Translations under genes and position numbers: made by a program | The notes under the pieces: model-generated | Told to the model about the DNA's origin: nothing | Seen by the model: only the letters and a program-made list of their open reading frames with translations | The model's database searches: none | Assembly (NCBI GenBank): GCA_054600435.1 | Contig: BAAIJX010000072.1 | Location: 1 to 64,000, forward strand | DNA: 64,000 bases | Direction: 5' to 3' | DNA from: Neophaeotheca triangularis | Lineage: Eukaryota | Shown here: one piece after another, positions 1 through 10,787 of the stretch | Layout: each line of letters begins with the position of its first letter | Numbering within the stretch: the stretch's first letter is position 1

Positions 1-244
1 ATATTAGTTATTATTGTCAATACCCCTTGTCGAGTACACACAAGCAATAATACCTAATACTGCGCGTGAATGTGAGTGATGGATGCATGTATACACACAC
101 ACCCAGAACATCAACCCCCCTAAAACCTTCGACCCCTAACCCTCACCCCAACCGTTGCCAACTTGAAAACGCCCCACGGTTCCAAACCTACCACCATGCC
201 GAAACTCCCATAACCCGATACTTCCGTTCCCCAGCCCAAGACCA

Positions 245-2266
245 CTAATCCTCCATCCCCAACAACCCCGCCAACTCCTCCGGACTGAGCGTGCTCTTCC
301 GACTCCTGCGCTTCGCGCGACCTTTGACACCAGTCCTCTTGACGGGCGAAAGCGGCGGAGGCGACGGCAGCATGCCTAGGGTGTCGTCGTCGTCGTCGTC
401 GTGGTAGGCGGGAGCGGCGGGGGACTGTTCGTGCTGGTGTTGGTTGGAAGAGGTTTTACGGGCGGAACTTGGACGGGAGAAGTTGGCTGTTTTGGTTGAC
501 GAGGAGGTGTTTTTGCTGAGGCCGGCTGCTGCTGCTTCGGCTTCGGCTTCGGCTGCTGCGAGCTTTTGCGCGATGGTCAGGGTTTCTTCTTCTTGCTCTT
601 CTTCTTCTTGCTCCGCTCGATCTTGGTCTTCTAGGGCCTCTTGTTGTTTGTATTGCTCCGCTGCAGGGGCTCGTTCTCCTTTGTCGTAGAACGTAGGCTC
701 AGGCTCTGTGGCGGCTTGTTTGTGGTCATGATTCGGGCTTCGGTCGAGCTGTTCGTACCCACGTGCAGTCTTCCTTGTAGTACTCCGCGTGGGACTAGCT
801 AGACTGTGCTGGCTTTGAGGCCGAGATCTCCGCGGGGAAAGGCTTTGTGCACTAGTCCGGGGCTTAGGGCTGCCGACAGGTGCAGTCGAGGGCCTGATGT
901 CAAAATATTCCGGTGGTTCAAGAGCGGAACGCTTACGTTTGGTAGGAGTGGAGGATTTGCGCTTCCTGACCACAGGGCTGAATATATCTCCGAGAGGCTG
1001 CTGCTGCGGGCTTTCCTGCTCGGGACTGGGTGGCGAAAGAATCTTGCTGGCTTCTTCCGCTTCTTCCTCCGCTCCATCGTTGATACTGTCTTCAAGAACG
1101 CTCTCATCCATGGAACGTCGCTTGGAAGCGCGGAAGTGATGATAATTGCCGTCTCGCTGGGGCGATGCCAGCCCCATTCCCTTGGTCAAGTCGTCGAGAT
1201 CAATGGTGGCTCCTCCATCCATTTTTCTGCGCCAGCCTTCCATCATCATCAACACGTCCCGCCAACGTTGTTCCATCCTTTCCCAGCCTTCGCGAAGGTG
1301 GGCGATTTCATCCTCTCTAGCCTCGACCTCGGAGATGGGGACGAAGTTGGGGTTTGTAAGGATCGTCTTGAGCTGGCCGAGAGTTGCTGATAGGTCTGCG
1401 GAGAGCGTAGAGTAGGAGGCCGGCAGCGCGTGGAGCATTTCAGTCTCGTTTTTGTTGTTCGCTTGTTCGTAGTCCTCGCTGCCGCGGCTGCCAATCGCAC
1501 TGTCAGGTATGGCCGGCTGACCTAACAACTCCTTCATCGTGCCTAAAGCCTCTCTAATCAAACCAATCAAACCATCATTCTCATCGCTCAAACTTTGACT
1601 CAGCTGGGTCAGAAAGTCCGTCGTCTCCTGCTTCAAACTGTAAGCCGGATCACCCACAGCCCTCACACTCGCATCAAATCCGGCCGCCCTCCTGCCCGCA
1701 CCACCAGCAGCGCCCTTCCCACCAGCACCCCCAGCACCCACAATCGTCAACCCGGGCGCACCAGACCCAGCAGCGCCCCTAGCGCCCCTCTGCCCCCCCT
1801 GCAAATGAGCCTTCAACCGCGCCAACTCGGCATCCCTCTTACGCACGTCATTCGCACACTGCGCCCGCACCTGAGCCAGCTGACTCTTCAGCTTCCCCGC
1901 CAATTCCTGCGCAGTTTTCAACCCCCTCTCAACCCTCTTGACCTCCTGAACAGCCGCCCTCTCCGCAGACCTAGCTTGTACAGCGTTGCGCGCGTGCTCT
2001 TCGCTCTTGGCGCTCACGCGGTCGAGGTCTGCTGCCGCGCGGGAATGCTCGGAGCGCAGGGTGCGCAGTGTGGTGGCGGTCTTTTCGCGTTGTTCGGCGT
2101 CGCGGTCGTTGCGGAGGATGAGATCATGAACGAGGTTTATGATTTGGGCGCGGGACTCTCGGGAGGGTTTTGCGAAGTCGATTTGTGAAGTGGTCGGGAG
2201 AAGGCCGCGGGCGAGGAGGAGGTTGTTGACGTAGCTCGAGGCGGTGCGCATGGATTCGGAGTCCAT
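245..2266 (-). CDS. Afadin/alpha-actinin-binding (ADIP) coiled-coil protein, TinA/Msd1-like spindle-pole protein
   Basis: Single 673-aa ORF. The N-terminus (MRTASSYVNNLLLARGLL...IINLVHDLILRND) and the coiled coil (QVRAQCANDVRKRD; YSLKQETTDFLTQLSQSLSDEND; TNPNFVPISEVEAREDEIAHLREGWE) resemble Pezizomycotina NIMA-interacting TinA-type proteins. Disordered C-terminus. Confidence 0.75.
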   Translation of the reverse strand: MDSESMRTASSYVNNLLLARGLLPTTSQIDFAKPSRESRAQIINLVHDLILRNDRDAEQREKTATTLRTLRSEHSRAAADLDRVSAKSEEHARNAVQARSAERAAVQEVKRVERGLKTAQELAGKLKSQLAQVRAQCANDVRKRDAELARLKAHLQGGQRGARGAAGSGAPGLTIVGAGGAGGKGAAGGAGRRAAGFDASVRAVGDPAYSLKQETTDFLTQLSQSLSDENDGLIGLIREALGTMKELLGQPAIPDSAIGSRGSEDYEQANNKNETEMLHALPASYSTLSADLSATLGQLKTILTNPNFVPISEVEAREDEIAHLREGWERMEQRWRDVLMMMEGWRRKMDGGATIDLDDLTKGMGLASPQRDGNYHHFRASKRRSMDESVLEDSINDGAEEEAEEASKILSPPSPEQESPQQQPLGDIFSPVVRKRKSSTPTKRKRSALEPPEYFDIRPSTAPVGSPKPRTSAQSLSPRRSRPQSQHSLASPTRSTTRKTARGYEQLDRSPNHDHKQAATEPEPTFYDKGERAPAAEQYKQQEALEDQDRAEQEEEEQEEETLTIAQKLAAAEAEAEAAAAGLSKNTSSSTKTANFSRPSSARKTSSNQHQHEQSPAAPAYHDDDDDDTLGMLPSPPPLSPVKRTGVKGRAKRRSRKSTLSPEELAGLLGMED

Positions 2267-2954
2267 GATTAAATGCCCAGCTAGGTGGTGTTGGTAAGTG
2301 GAAGAGAGGGGAAGGGGGATTTGGTGATGGTATTGGTGGTGGTGGTGCTGCTGAGGTACTCGGATTGTGGTTGACTTGTTGATGTTTGACTTCCGCTTTG
2401 GGGTAGCGTTGTTTACTCCATCACGTGTAGGTAGTACGCGAGGCTTAAAAAAACTCCGACGCTAAGATAAGCGATATCATCGAGTCCGCCCGGCTCCTGG
2501 CTGAGCGCTCCGTTCTGGATGCAGAAACAACGACGGGAGGGTCCCTGACGACACGCCCGTCCCGTCTTTGGATGCCCCTCGACATCAAGACATCATCGTC
2601 CGAGCAGTCATCCTCAATGTCGGCCCTGGCTATGGACAGACAGAGAGACCGAAGCTAAGCCAATGCATTATTTCTACCAACTAATTATCATCTTCGGTCT
2701 TCTCGGCCTTCGCACGTCGCGTCTTGGAACTGCTGAGACAAAGGGAGTATGACGGCCCCGCTCGCTGCTCGTCGGACACTGGAGTGGGGAGCAGACTTCA
2801 ATGCATGAGTATACCAGAATGAGTATTGAACTCTTTTACAAGTAGACGATATCCCTTTTGCTCTTTTCGCTCTTCTTCTTCTTCTTCTCCTTCTCCTCCA
2901 TATCACTCACCTTTCTACCCTTACACAATCCATACCAGAAAAGCAAACGTCAAG

Positions 2955-3717
2955 ATGCCTCTCGAACCCGTCAAGCTCATCTCCCTTGAGGGTAAGTAGA
3001 CATTCCCCAACGTGTTATCGCACTAGTACAGCATGAGACGTACTCGCCTCGCAGCAGACTCTCACCAGCCGCAATAGAACAGCAATCACCCAATAAAGCC
3101 ATCACCCCCAACACCCTATGCTAACCCCGACCCTCCCCACAGAAATGCAAGGCTGCATGGCCGCCAACTTCGAATGGGCCGATAGCTACGACAGCAAGGA
3201 CTGGGAACGCCTGCGCAAATGCATCGCCCCGACCCTCCGAATCGACTACCGCTCCTTCCTCAACAAAATCTGGGAAGCGATGCCCGCCGAGGAGTTCGTA
3301 GCCATGGCATCCGACCCCAACGTCCTCGGCGACCCGACGCTCAAGACGCAGCACTTCATCGGCGGCACCAAGTGGGAGAAAGTCAGCGATGACGAGATCA
3401 TTGGTTACCACCAGTTGCGCGTGCCGCATCAGAAGTACACCGACGCTTCCATGACGAAGGTTTTGGTCAAGGGGCATGCGCATAGCCATAACACGCATTG
3501 GTACAAGAAGGTTGATGGGGTGTGGAAGTTTGCTGGCTTGAACCCGGAGATCAGGTGGAGCGAGTATGACTTTGACAAGGTGTTTGCGGCTGGTAGGGAA
3601 GAGTTGGGCGAGGATCCTGCGCAGCAGGCTTCGGGTGAGTAATTATGATGGATGTCCGGGCGGTACGGTGGAGAGTGTCTTGCTAACATGGTTATTGCAG
3701 GTGTTCCCGGGAAGTAA
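2955..3717 (+). CDS. SCD1: Scytalone dehydratase (DHN-melanin pathway)
   Basis: Exons 2955-2991, 3143-3634, 3701-3717 with canonical GTAAGT/GTGAGT donors, CTAAC branch sites and CAG acceptors. Motifs [46 protein letters not shown] and WKFAGLNP are diagnostic. Confidence 0.96.
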
Positions 3718-5493
3718 GAGCTTTCGTGGCTACGGCTTGATGGGTCACGGTTCAGGATATGTAGCTGTGCGTAATGATTAAGAAGACAACACAACATATC
3801 TACTTCCTCCACTCAACTCAGAGTCCCAAGTTGCACTGTTACTACGAGTTTGAAGAACAGCAATCATGTCATTTCCCGCCTCATTACGCAGAGAAAAAAG
3901 AAAAATCTCTCCACACCCACTCCTCCAAGCGGCTGCAGAGTACCATGTACAGCCATCTCCTCCGCTACAACTCACCAACAACTCAAGCCGGCAACGCCAA
4001 ACGAGCTCATGACAGCTAGCAAGCGACCAAGCAAGCAAGCACGTCCAAATTGCGCCGCGTCCATTGCAAGCGTGCCGTCCGTCGTCCAGCTTGCGCAATA
4101 CTCTTTTCCGGCAGACAGGCACTAGCTCGAGCCAGGATCAAGTCCCACATAAGCCCCCACCCGCATCCAGCACCGAAGAGTAAACAATACACAGGATCGC
4201 AATGACTCGCACCAAACGCCGCTCCGTCGCTCAGCCGCTCTTGAGCTGCAGGTTAGGCCAGCTACTTGCTTACTTCTCCGATCTCTGGAGTGTGTGGATA
4301 CGGAAAGAAAGCGGGCAAGAGGGTGAGTAAGTGTACTCCCGGTCTGGGCGGGGATGAGGGTGTGCCTCGCAAGTCGGGGCTAGGAGGTATATTTCCTGGG
4401 CTCACGCTGGTATATGCTGCACTGCACATAGACGCCGGGTACTCAAGAAGTCGGTACTTACATACTCTACGCAAGGGGAGGTCTCGTGAGCGGAGATGGT
4501 GTGTATCGTGGATTGCAGTAGTAGCTGTAGCTTTAGCTCTCGTTGTAAGAGTGAAGTATCAGCGAAGAGAGAAGACGGTCGACGATCAAGGATTGTCCAA
4601 GTTGGGAGCGCGGGAGTCTGCGTGGTATAGCGGGAGACGGACAAGATACAATGGCCCTAAATGTGTGAGTGTGAGTGTGAGTGTGAGTGTGAGGGCAAAG
4701 AAGAAGACGGGACGACGATGGAGATGTGACGGACGGGGATGAAGTTGGTGTAGGGCAAAGCTGATTGGCTGCAAGCTCATCGAGGGGCCCCACTCTGTCA
4801 CCAATCAGTCTCGCTGGCGAAGCGCTGGGCGAGCTGGCGACTGCAGTGAACTTTCCCCCCTCCCACCCTCTTCCAAGCTTCCCTTTCTTTCGTCCACTGG
4901 CTCTGCTCGTCTTCGCGCTGTCCTGCACTTTCCCAATAGTCTCGACTGGCTTTGCCTCGATGCGGGCTGACAGGCAGCGGGAAGGGACATGCGCATTGAG
5001 TAAGGTACCCACCTACATGTGGCCCGTTTTGTACCTTGGGTAGCGGAAGACACACACAGAGACAGCCCGGGACACCTCGCACTACCTACCTTACCCTACC
5101 CCATCACCTGACATGGCTATAGCATAAGAGTAAGCAAGCGCCCTGCTCGACCGACCGCCTTCTCTTCTCTTCTTCTTCTTCTTCTTCTTCTTCTCTCCAG
5201 CAAGCGTGTCAATCTCAAGAGCTGTTCTTTGGTCGTTTTACCCCCCTTATTTTTTGTTTTCTCCTTCCCTGGGCCTGGTGCTCACAACCATCCATCCTCA
5301 CATACATACATACGTCCTCACTAATAATCAAACCCCCTGCACATCATCGCCATCACCAACACCACAAATTTTCTAGCAATTTTACTTCCACTTGTCGCTG
5401 GTCGACAAAAATACACACTAATTTTCAGCTCTCTTGCTCATCAAACGCTTCAATTATAATACCCATTCAACCAAACCAATTCAAACCAGGAAA

Positions 5494-6348
5494 ATGTCGG
5501 CCATTCAACTCAACTTCACCCTCCGCACCTCGGCCAACTGCAAGACGGTCCATCTCCTCGGCTCCTGGGATAACTACGGCGGCCAATTGCCCCTCAACAA
5601 AGACAGCAGCAAGTCCGGCGGCTGGAAAGGCACCTTTCGCTTCCAAGCGGCCACCCTCAAGCAGGGTCAACGCTACTGGTACTATTACATCATCGACGGC
5701 TACCACGTCTCGCACGACCCGGCGCGTGAATCCGTCACCGAGCCCACGACCGGCCGTAAGCTAAACGTCCTCGACATCCCCAAGGCCGCCGCCAAATCCG
5801 CCGCTCCAGCAGCCGCCGCCGCCGCCCCAGCCAGCAAAACCTCTTCCCGCCACGAACGCCGCATCTCCACCGCAAGCATCGCCAAAGGCCGCTCCCTCTC
5901 GCCCTCGCAAATCAAATGCCCCAAACCCCAGAAACCCGGAGAAACCCGCCAACTGACATCGGAAAACTTCACGCACCCGACCATCGACGCGCTCACGGCC
6001 AAATACGCCTCCCAGAACCTCTCCGACAGCGACTCAGACTCTGACTCCTCCGACTCGGACGACGCCTCGGACGTCCCCAGCCTCAGCTCCCGCAGCTCAA
6101 ACTCCAGCACCCCGAGCTCCGTGTCGTCGACCTCGAGCTGCTGCACGTGCGAGCGCTACGGCATCACGCGCGCCGGCAGCAGGGTCAAGCTCGACTGCGG
6201 CGGCAGCCGCTGCGGCTACTCCGAGGGCTCCGATTGCAGTTCCGAGTCCGACGAGGAGGAGAGCGTGCGGTACCGACAGCAAAAGCAGCAGGCGGCTATG
6301 CGTGGCGGTGGGGCGGCCAGGAGGCAGGGCGTTGTTGTCAGGAAGTGA
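5494..6348 (+). CDS. esdC: EsdC-like protein with N-terminal AMPK-beta-type glycogen-binding (CBM48-like) domain
   Basis: ATG at 5494. VHLLGSWDNY...YWYYYIIDGYHVSHDP carbohydrate-binding module, Ser-rich linker and C-terminal CTCERYGITR.G.RVKLDCGGSRCG motif typical of EsdC homologues. Confidence 0.8.
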   Translation: MSAIQLNFTLRTSANCKTVHLLGSWDNYGGQLPLNKDSSKSGGWKGTFRFQAATLKQGQRYWYYYIIDGYHVSHDPARESVTEPTTGRKLNVLDIPKAAAKSAAPAAAAAAPASKTSSRHERRISTASIAKGRSLSPSQIKCPKPQKPGETRQLTSENFTHPTIDALTAKYASQNLSDSDSDSDSSDSDDASDVPSLSSRSSNSSTPSSVSSTSSCCTCERYGITRAGSRVKLDCGGSRCGYSEGSDCSSESDEEESVRYRQQKQQAAMRGGGAARRQGVVVRK

Positions 6349-8683
6349 AAGCGGAAGTGAGCAGCTCTTTCCCCTTGTTTCGCACACGCGAGGGCCGACA
6401 CTCCTTTTGCTTTTTTCTCTCCGATGTTCGCGCCCGCTGGGGCTATTGTTGTTGTTTGGTCTGGTATCTTTTACCCACTGGGGAAAGCTTTCCCGGTTGG
6501 TTAGGTTTTGTTAAGGGTAGTATTGGGAAGGTCGTCGTGGTCGAGCTGGTCTGGCTGCTGCGACTTTTCCCGCTGCTTGAGACTGAGCTGGCTGGGACTT
6601 TTTCTTGTTCTGCTACCACGCTTCTGCCGGATCGACTGCGGGCCGTTTGGGTGCTTGCTTCCTAGTAGGGCGTGGTGGATAAGTTGCGTTGCACTCTGCT
6701 TTGAGACTTGGTCTTGGCGGAGCCAGTGACGCGGAGGAGGACGGGGTGGTTGGAGGGAGAGTGGTAGAAATCAAGAAAGAAAAAGCGAGAGCGATGGAAA
6801 TGGGAAGAGGAGGACGGGGGGGTGGGAGGAGCAGAACGGAGGAAAGCGAAGGGAGGCAGTCGCAGTAGAAGGGGAGAGAAGGAGGAAGCTGAAGTGAAAG
6901 TTGAGGAGAGTCAGCCAACCTCAAGGCACGATTCTCCAGTCCTAGGCACCACGACCAGGAAATCGTCCAGCCTTGATTGAAGCCGTCGAGCAAGGCATGG
7001 GTTTCGATAACTCGACACACCGGTGAGAGCGCCAGGGTGTGTTTTGCTTTCTTCGTCTGGGAGAAAGTTCAAGGAACTCTACTTACACACCTTGTTTACT
7101 CTTTTACCCACGTAGTCGAGGGGAATTCACACGTCTTGCTCGTTTAATACCGCTTACGACCCTCTCTCTTCTTCTAAAACTTTTTTTTGCTTTTTGCTGA
7201 GCTAGACTGCCGAGGGAGGGTCTTGTGTTACAGCAGCCACGTGCTTCACTCGGTGGTACTGTCGATCTGCGGGACTGGAGTACCAGTTCGACGGGTAGGA
7301 TATGAAGTCTCGCTCCTCGGTGGCCTTGGAGGTGGGCAGTGGGTAGAATGGTGGCGTTGTCACCGCAAGCCAGGGGGCTGGGAGGAGTCCGCAGCATACT
7401 CGTTAACAGCCCCGATACCAGCCCCGATACCAGTCCCGATGCCAGCCCTTGCAATCGCGGGATGTTCCCAGCAGCAGCAGCAGCAACATACACCGTCCCT
7501 ACCAACCCATTCGAACCCATCCGCTACCACGCAAAAACCCCCTACCACAACACAATACAACACAACCCCTTTCATTCCAAACGCCCTTAACCCCCAACCC
7601 CCCACGCTCCTTCAAAAACCCTCGCAAACCATGCGCCCGACACACAATCCCAACCAAGACAATCTTCACAACCACGCCATGACAAGATAAGATAAGGATA
7701 GAAGTCAAACCGACGCCGCTTTACCCTACCCACATTGCACACTTGGAAAGCGCCTACTACCGGTACCGCTCCAGATACTGCCGTGAGCCCCTCGTGCTCG
7801 GAAGCATGGCAGAGTCGCAGGGACAATGGGCATGACTGAGCATGGCATAGACACCCACGCACGGGTCCGACAATGTCTTGTTGGCCCGGAAGCAGCTCGT
7901 GGGTGAAGGAAGCTACCGCGTGCTCCGATCGACTGTTCGCGCGAGACAGACGGACAGGTTTGCAGCGAAGACCGCGCAGACGCAAAGAGCGAGAGTAGGC
8001 TCCATGTGTAGCCGGCGCTACCAGGTATGTACGAGTGAGGCGGGTACCTTACTTGGGCCACGACGTGCCCTGTGCCATGGCGAGACGAGCCCGATGCGAG
8101 ACGGATCGGGAGGCGGCGCGGCCGGAGGTGGAGATGGCTCGCAAGGCTGAGTACAAGTCATACTGTACATATAATAAGTCATAAAGAATCTTTGGATGCT
8201 CGCACATGGATGAGATCAAGAGGTGCTTACGCTGAGCGACTGACTACCTCCTCACTCACTACCACCTTCAACTTACTCGGTACTAGTGGGCAGGAAAACG
8301 GGACAGAAATAAAAAATGGCGGCCTCAGCTTGCTCGGGTCAAGAATGCACCGACTTCGGACCTATTAAAAGTTAGGTACCTAGAGACGATTTCACAACCT
8401 CTCCAGCATCGATGCCGTGACCGTACACCAACATGATTCAAGATGCGAATTATATCACCTTTATAGACGGTGTGTGCTATGGAGGCTATTCCACCTGCGC
8501 GGGCATTATTGCGTAAGACAGAACTCATCCTTATAGCACTGGAACAACTGAAGTGATTTGACCACCAAGAGGACGGACTGTGGATTGCGATTTCTGCCAT
8601 TTCGTATCTGCGTAACCGGGGTGTATCACCTACTAAAACTCTCTAGTCTTGAGTCCCATTAAATTGCCAACTACACATCTCTT

Positions 8684-10025
8684 CTACGACCCATTGACCT
8701 TGTTTGTCTCACCCTCCTGCTGCTGTTGCGGTGCTGGAAGCGATTTTGAAGGCGCCGGGTTGAGAATCCGCGAAGCGTCAATGAGAGGTGCTTTGGGGTT
8801 GAGCTCGAGACCGAAACCGGGCTTGTCGAGCTCCGAGACGTCGAGGTAGCCTTTGGACGGGATGGGCTCGTTGGTGAAGAGGTTGCCGAACACGGGGAGC
8901 ACGCTCTTGCCGTCGGGGGAGTTGGCGAGGTATTCTTGGAAAGGGCAGTTGGCTTGGGAGACGACGTAGTGGTAGGAGTAGGGTCCGCTGGCGTGGGGAA
9001 CGACGGGTATGTCGTAGGCGGCGGCCATGGCGGAGACTTTGAGGAGCTCGGTGATGCCGCCGAGCCACATGACGTCGGGTTGGAGGATGTCGACGTTACG
9101 GCCTTCGATGAGTTTGCGGAAACCGTAGCGCGAGTATTCGTGCTCGCCGGTCGTGAACTTTTGCGAGGGGTGGGCACGCTTGATGAGGGCTTGGCCATCG
9201 AAGTCGTCGGGGGAGAGGCACTCCTCGAACCAGTCGAGACGGAGGTCTTTGCAGCGGTCGACAAGTTCAATGGTATAGGGGACGTTCAGGCTCATGTAGC
9301 AATCCACGCGGAGAGGGAAATCGGGGCCCACGGCTTCTCTGTGCTTTCTGAGGAACTCGACGTTTTTCCTCATCCCTTCTGGGCCTTCTCCCGGGCTGAA
9401 TGGGAGAGGAACCTTGGCACCGCTGAAACCCATGGCTTTCGCCGCTGCTGGCTCGGGTCCTGTGCAGTAGAAGTCGAGCTTTTCTCTTGTCGCGCCGCCA
9501 ATCATCTTGTAGACGGGCTCGTTGCGGATCTTGCCCAGCAGATCCCAAATCGCCAAGTCGATGACCGAAATTACCGCCACTGGGAGACCTTTGCGTCCGT
9601 AGAACATGGAACCCCGGTACATTTGCTCAAACAGGTGGTTTGTATCACGAGGATCTTTCAAGGTTGTTAGTAGGGACAGGGATACTCCCAATGGTTCCGT
9701 TGAACTCACCAGCTCCAATGATAAATCTGCGGAAGTGCTCCATAGCTAACCAGCAAGCCGGGGGCCCACCGAAACCAGTGGCGAAACCTTTGGTGCCATC
9801 CGTAGCTTCCAACTCTACGCAGAAAGAACCCAAGACGTTGATGCCCCAGCTAGTCCTTGACTTGCGGTATTCCTCCCAGCCAGACATTGGGGTTGCGATC
9901 TTGGACCCCACCAGCCAGTGGCCTCCCTCGACATTGTGGTAGTCGCCTCCGGAGCCAACGCCTTCAATGATGAAGGTCTTGATCTCCTTGATCTTGGGAA
10001 ATGAGGCCACTTTGGTTGCAGCCAT
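8684..10025 (-). CDS. lraC: L-rhamnonate dehydratase (enolase superfamily)
   Basis: Exons 10025-9710 and 9654-8684. Intron 9709-9655 (GTGAGT..CTAAC..AAG) joins FIIGA to DPRDTNHLFEQMY. Motifs GVGSGGDYHNV.GGHWL, RTSWGINVLGS, VDCYMSL, TTGEHEY, QPDVMW and VPHASG. Confidence 0.9.
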
Positions 10026-10427
10026 GTTTGAGGATGTCACTGAGGGGTTTGTTGAGTGAGGTTCAGGTTAGGTTGAGTGCGTACTGGTAGCTGTGTGAAG
10101 GTGAGGTGGGTAAGGAGAATCAGACGGGGAGAAGTGATGATTTCTGTGAGAGCAGGATAGGAAGGGAGGAAGACAGACAGGTTCCGGTGGTAAGGTAAGG
10201 AAGGTAAGGAAAGAAGGAAAAGAAACATGGAAGTTACAAAGACATGCAAGAAAACATGACGAGGGATCACGTCGAGCTCTAGTGGGGCCTAGCTAGGTAG
10301 GTACATAGTATGTAGATGCTGCCCTTTTTCCCATTCGCTTCACCATTCACCCGGCCTTACGCAACTGGAAGGTGCAAGCAACGTGGAAGAAGATGAGACG
10401 AAGAGGCCTCGAGGCCTCGTTGGTTGG

Positions 10428-10444
10428 CGGCGATAAACATTCGG
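10428..10444. promoter_or_regulatory. Candidate Zn2Cys6 binding site CGG-N11-CGG in the lraC/rhaR divergent promoter
   Basis: CGG cgataaacatt CGG inside a cluster of CGG/CCG triplets (10428-10498) between the divergent genes. CGG triplets are the generic Zn2Cys6 half-site. Confidence 0.4.
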
Positions 10445-10787
10445 GCTTCGGGTGTTGCTGCTCCCCTCGGCTTTCGACGCAATTCAAGCCGAAGCCGGCC
10501 TAGGCAGTAGGTACTAGGTACTAGGGAAGGTAGTGCCTGCAGCCCTAGGTGGGCGAACCATGGGCGACAACTGACTGCAGTACTACTACTAAGTCAGGTA
10601 AACTGTGTCTGAGCGCCTAATAAGTTAGTTAGCTCTAGTTACCCCGCACGGCAAACAAAAGAGCAAGAGCGACCGCCGCGCCCACTTTCCCTCGCCCTCT
10701 TTTGTCCCGAAGGCGCCCATTGCAACGGTTGACTGAGTGTCGCAAGGTTGGAACTGGCTAGATATCGCTGCCGCCACGCCTTCAGCC

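Noticed and set aside
5434..5493. TTG-initiated extension of EsdC
   Set aside because: The ATG at 5494 has a good AAAATG context and homology begins there.
7187..7690. Pro/Gln-rich ORFs with a 12-bp tandem repeat (CAGCCCCGATAC-like)
   Set aside because: Low-complexity C-rich DNA produces open frames, and there is no ATG-anchored gene model or homology.
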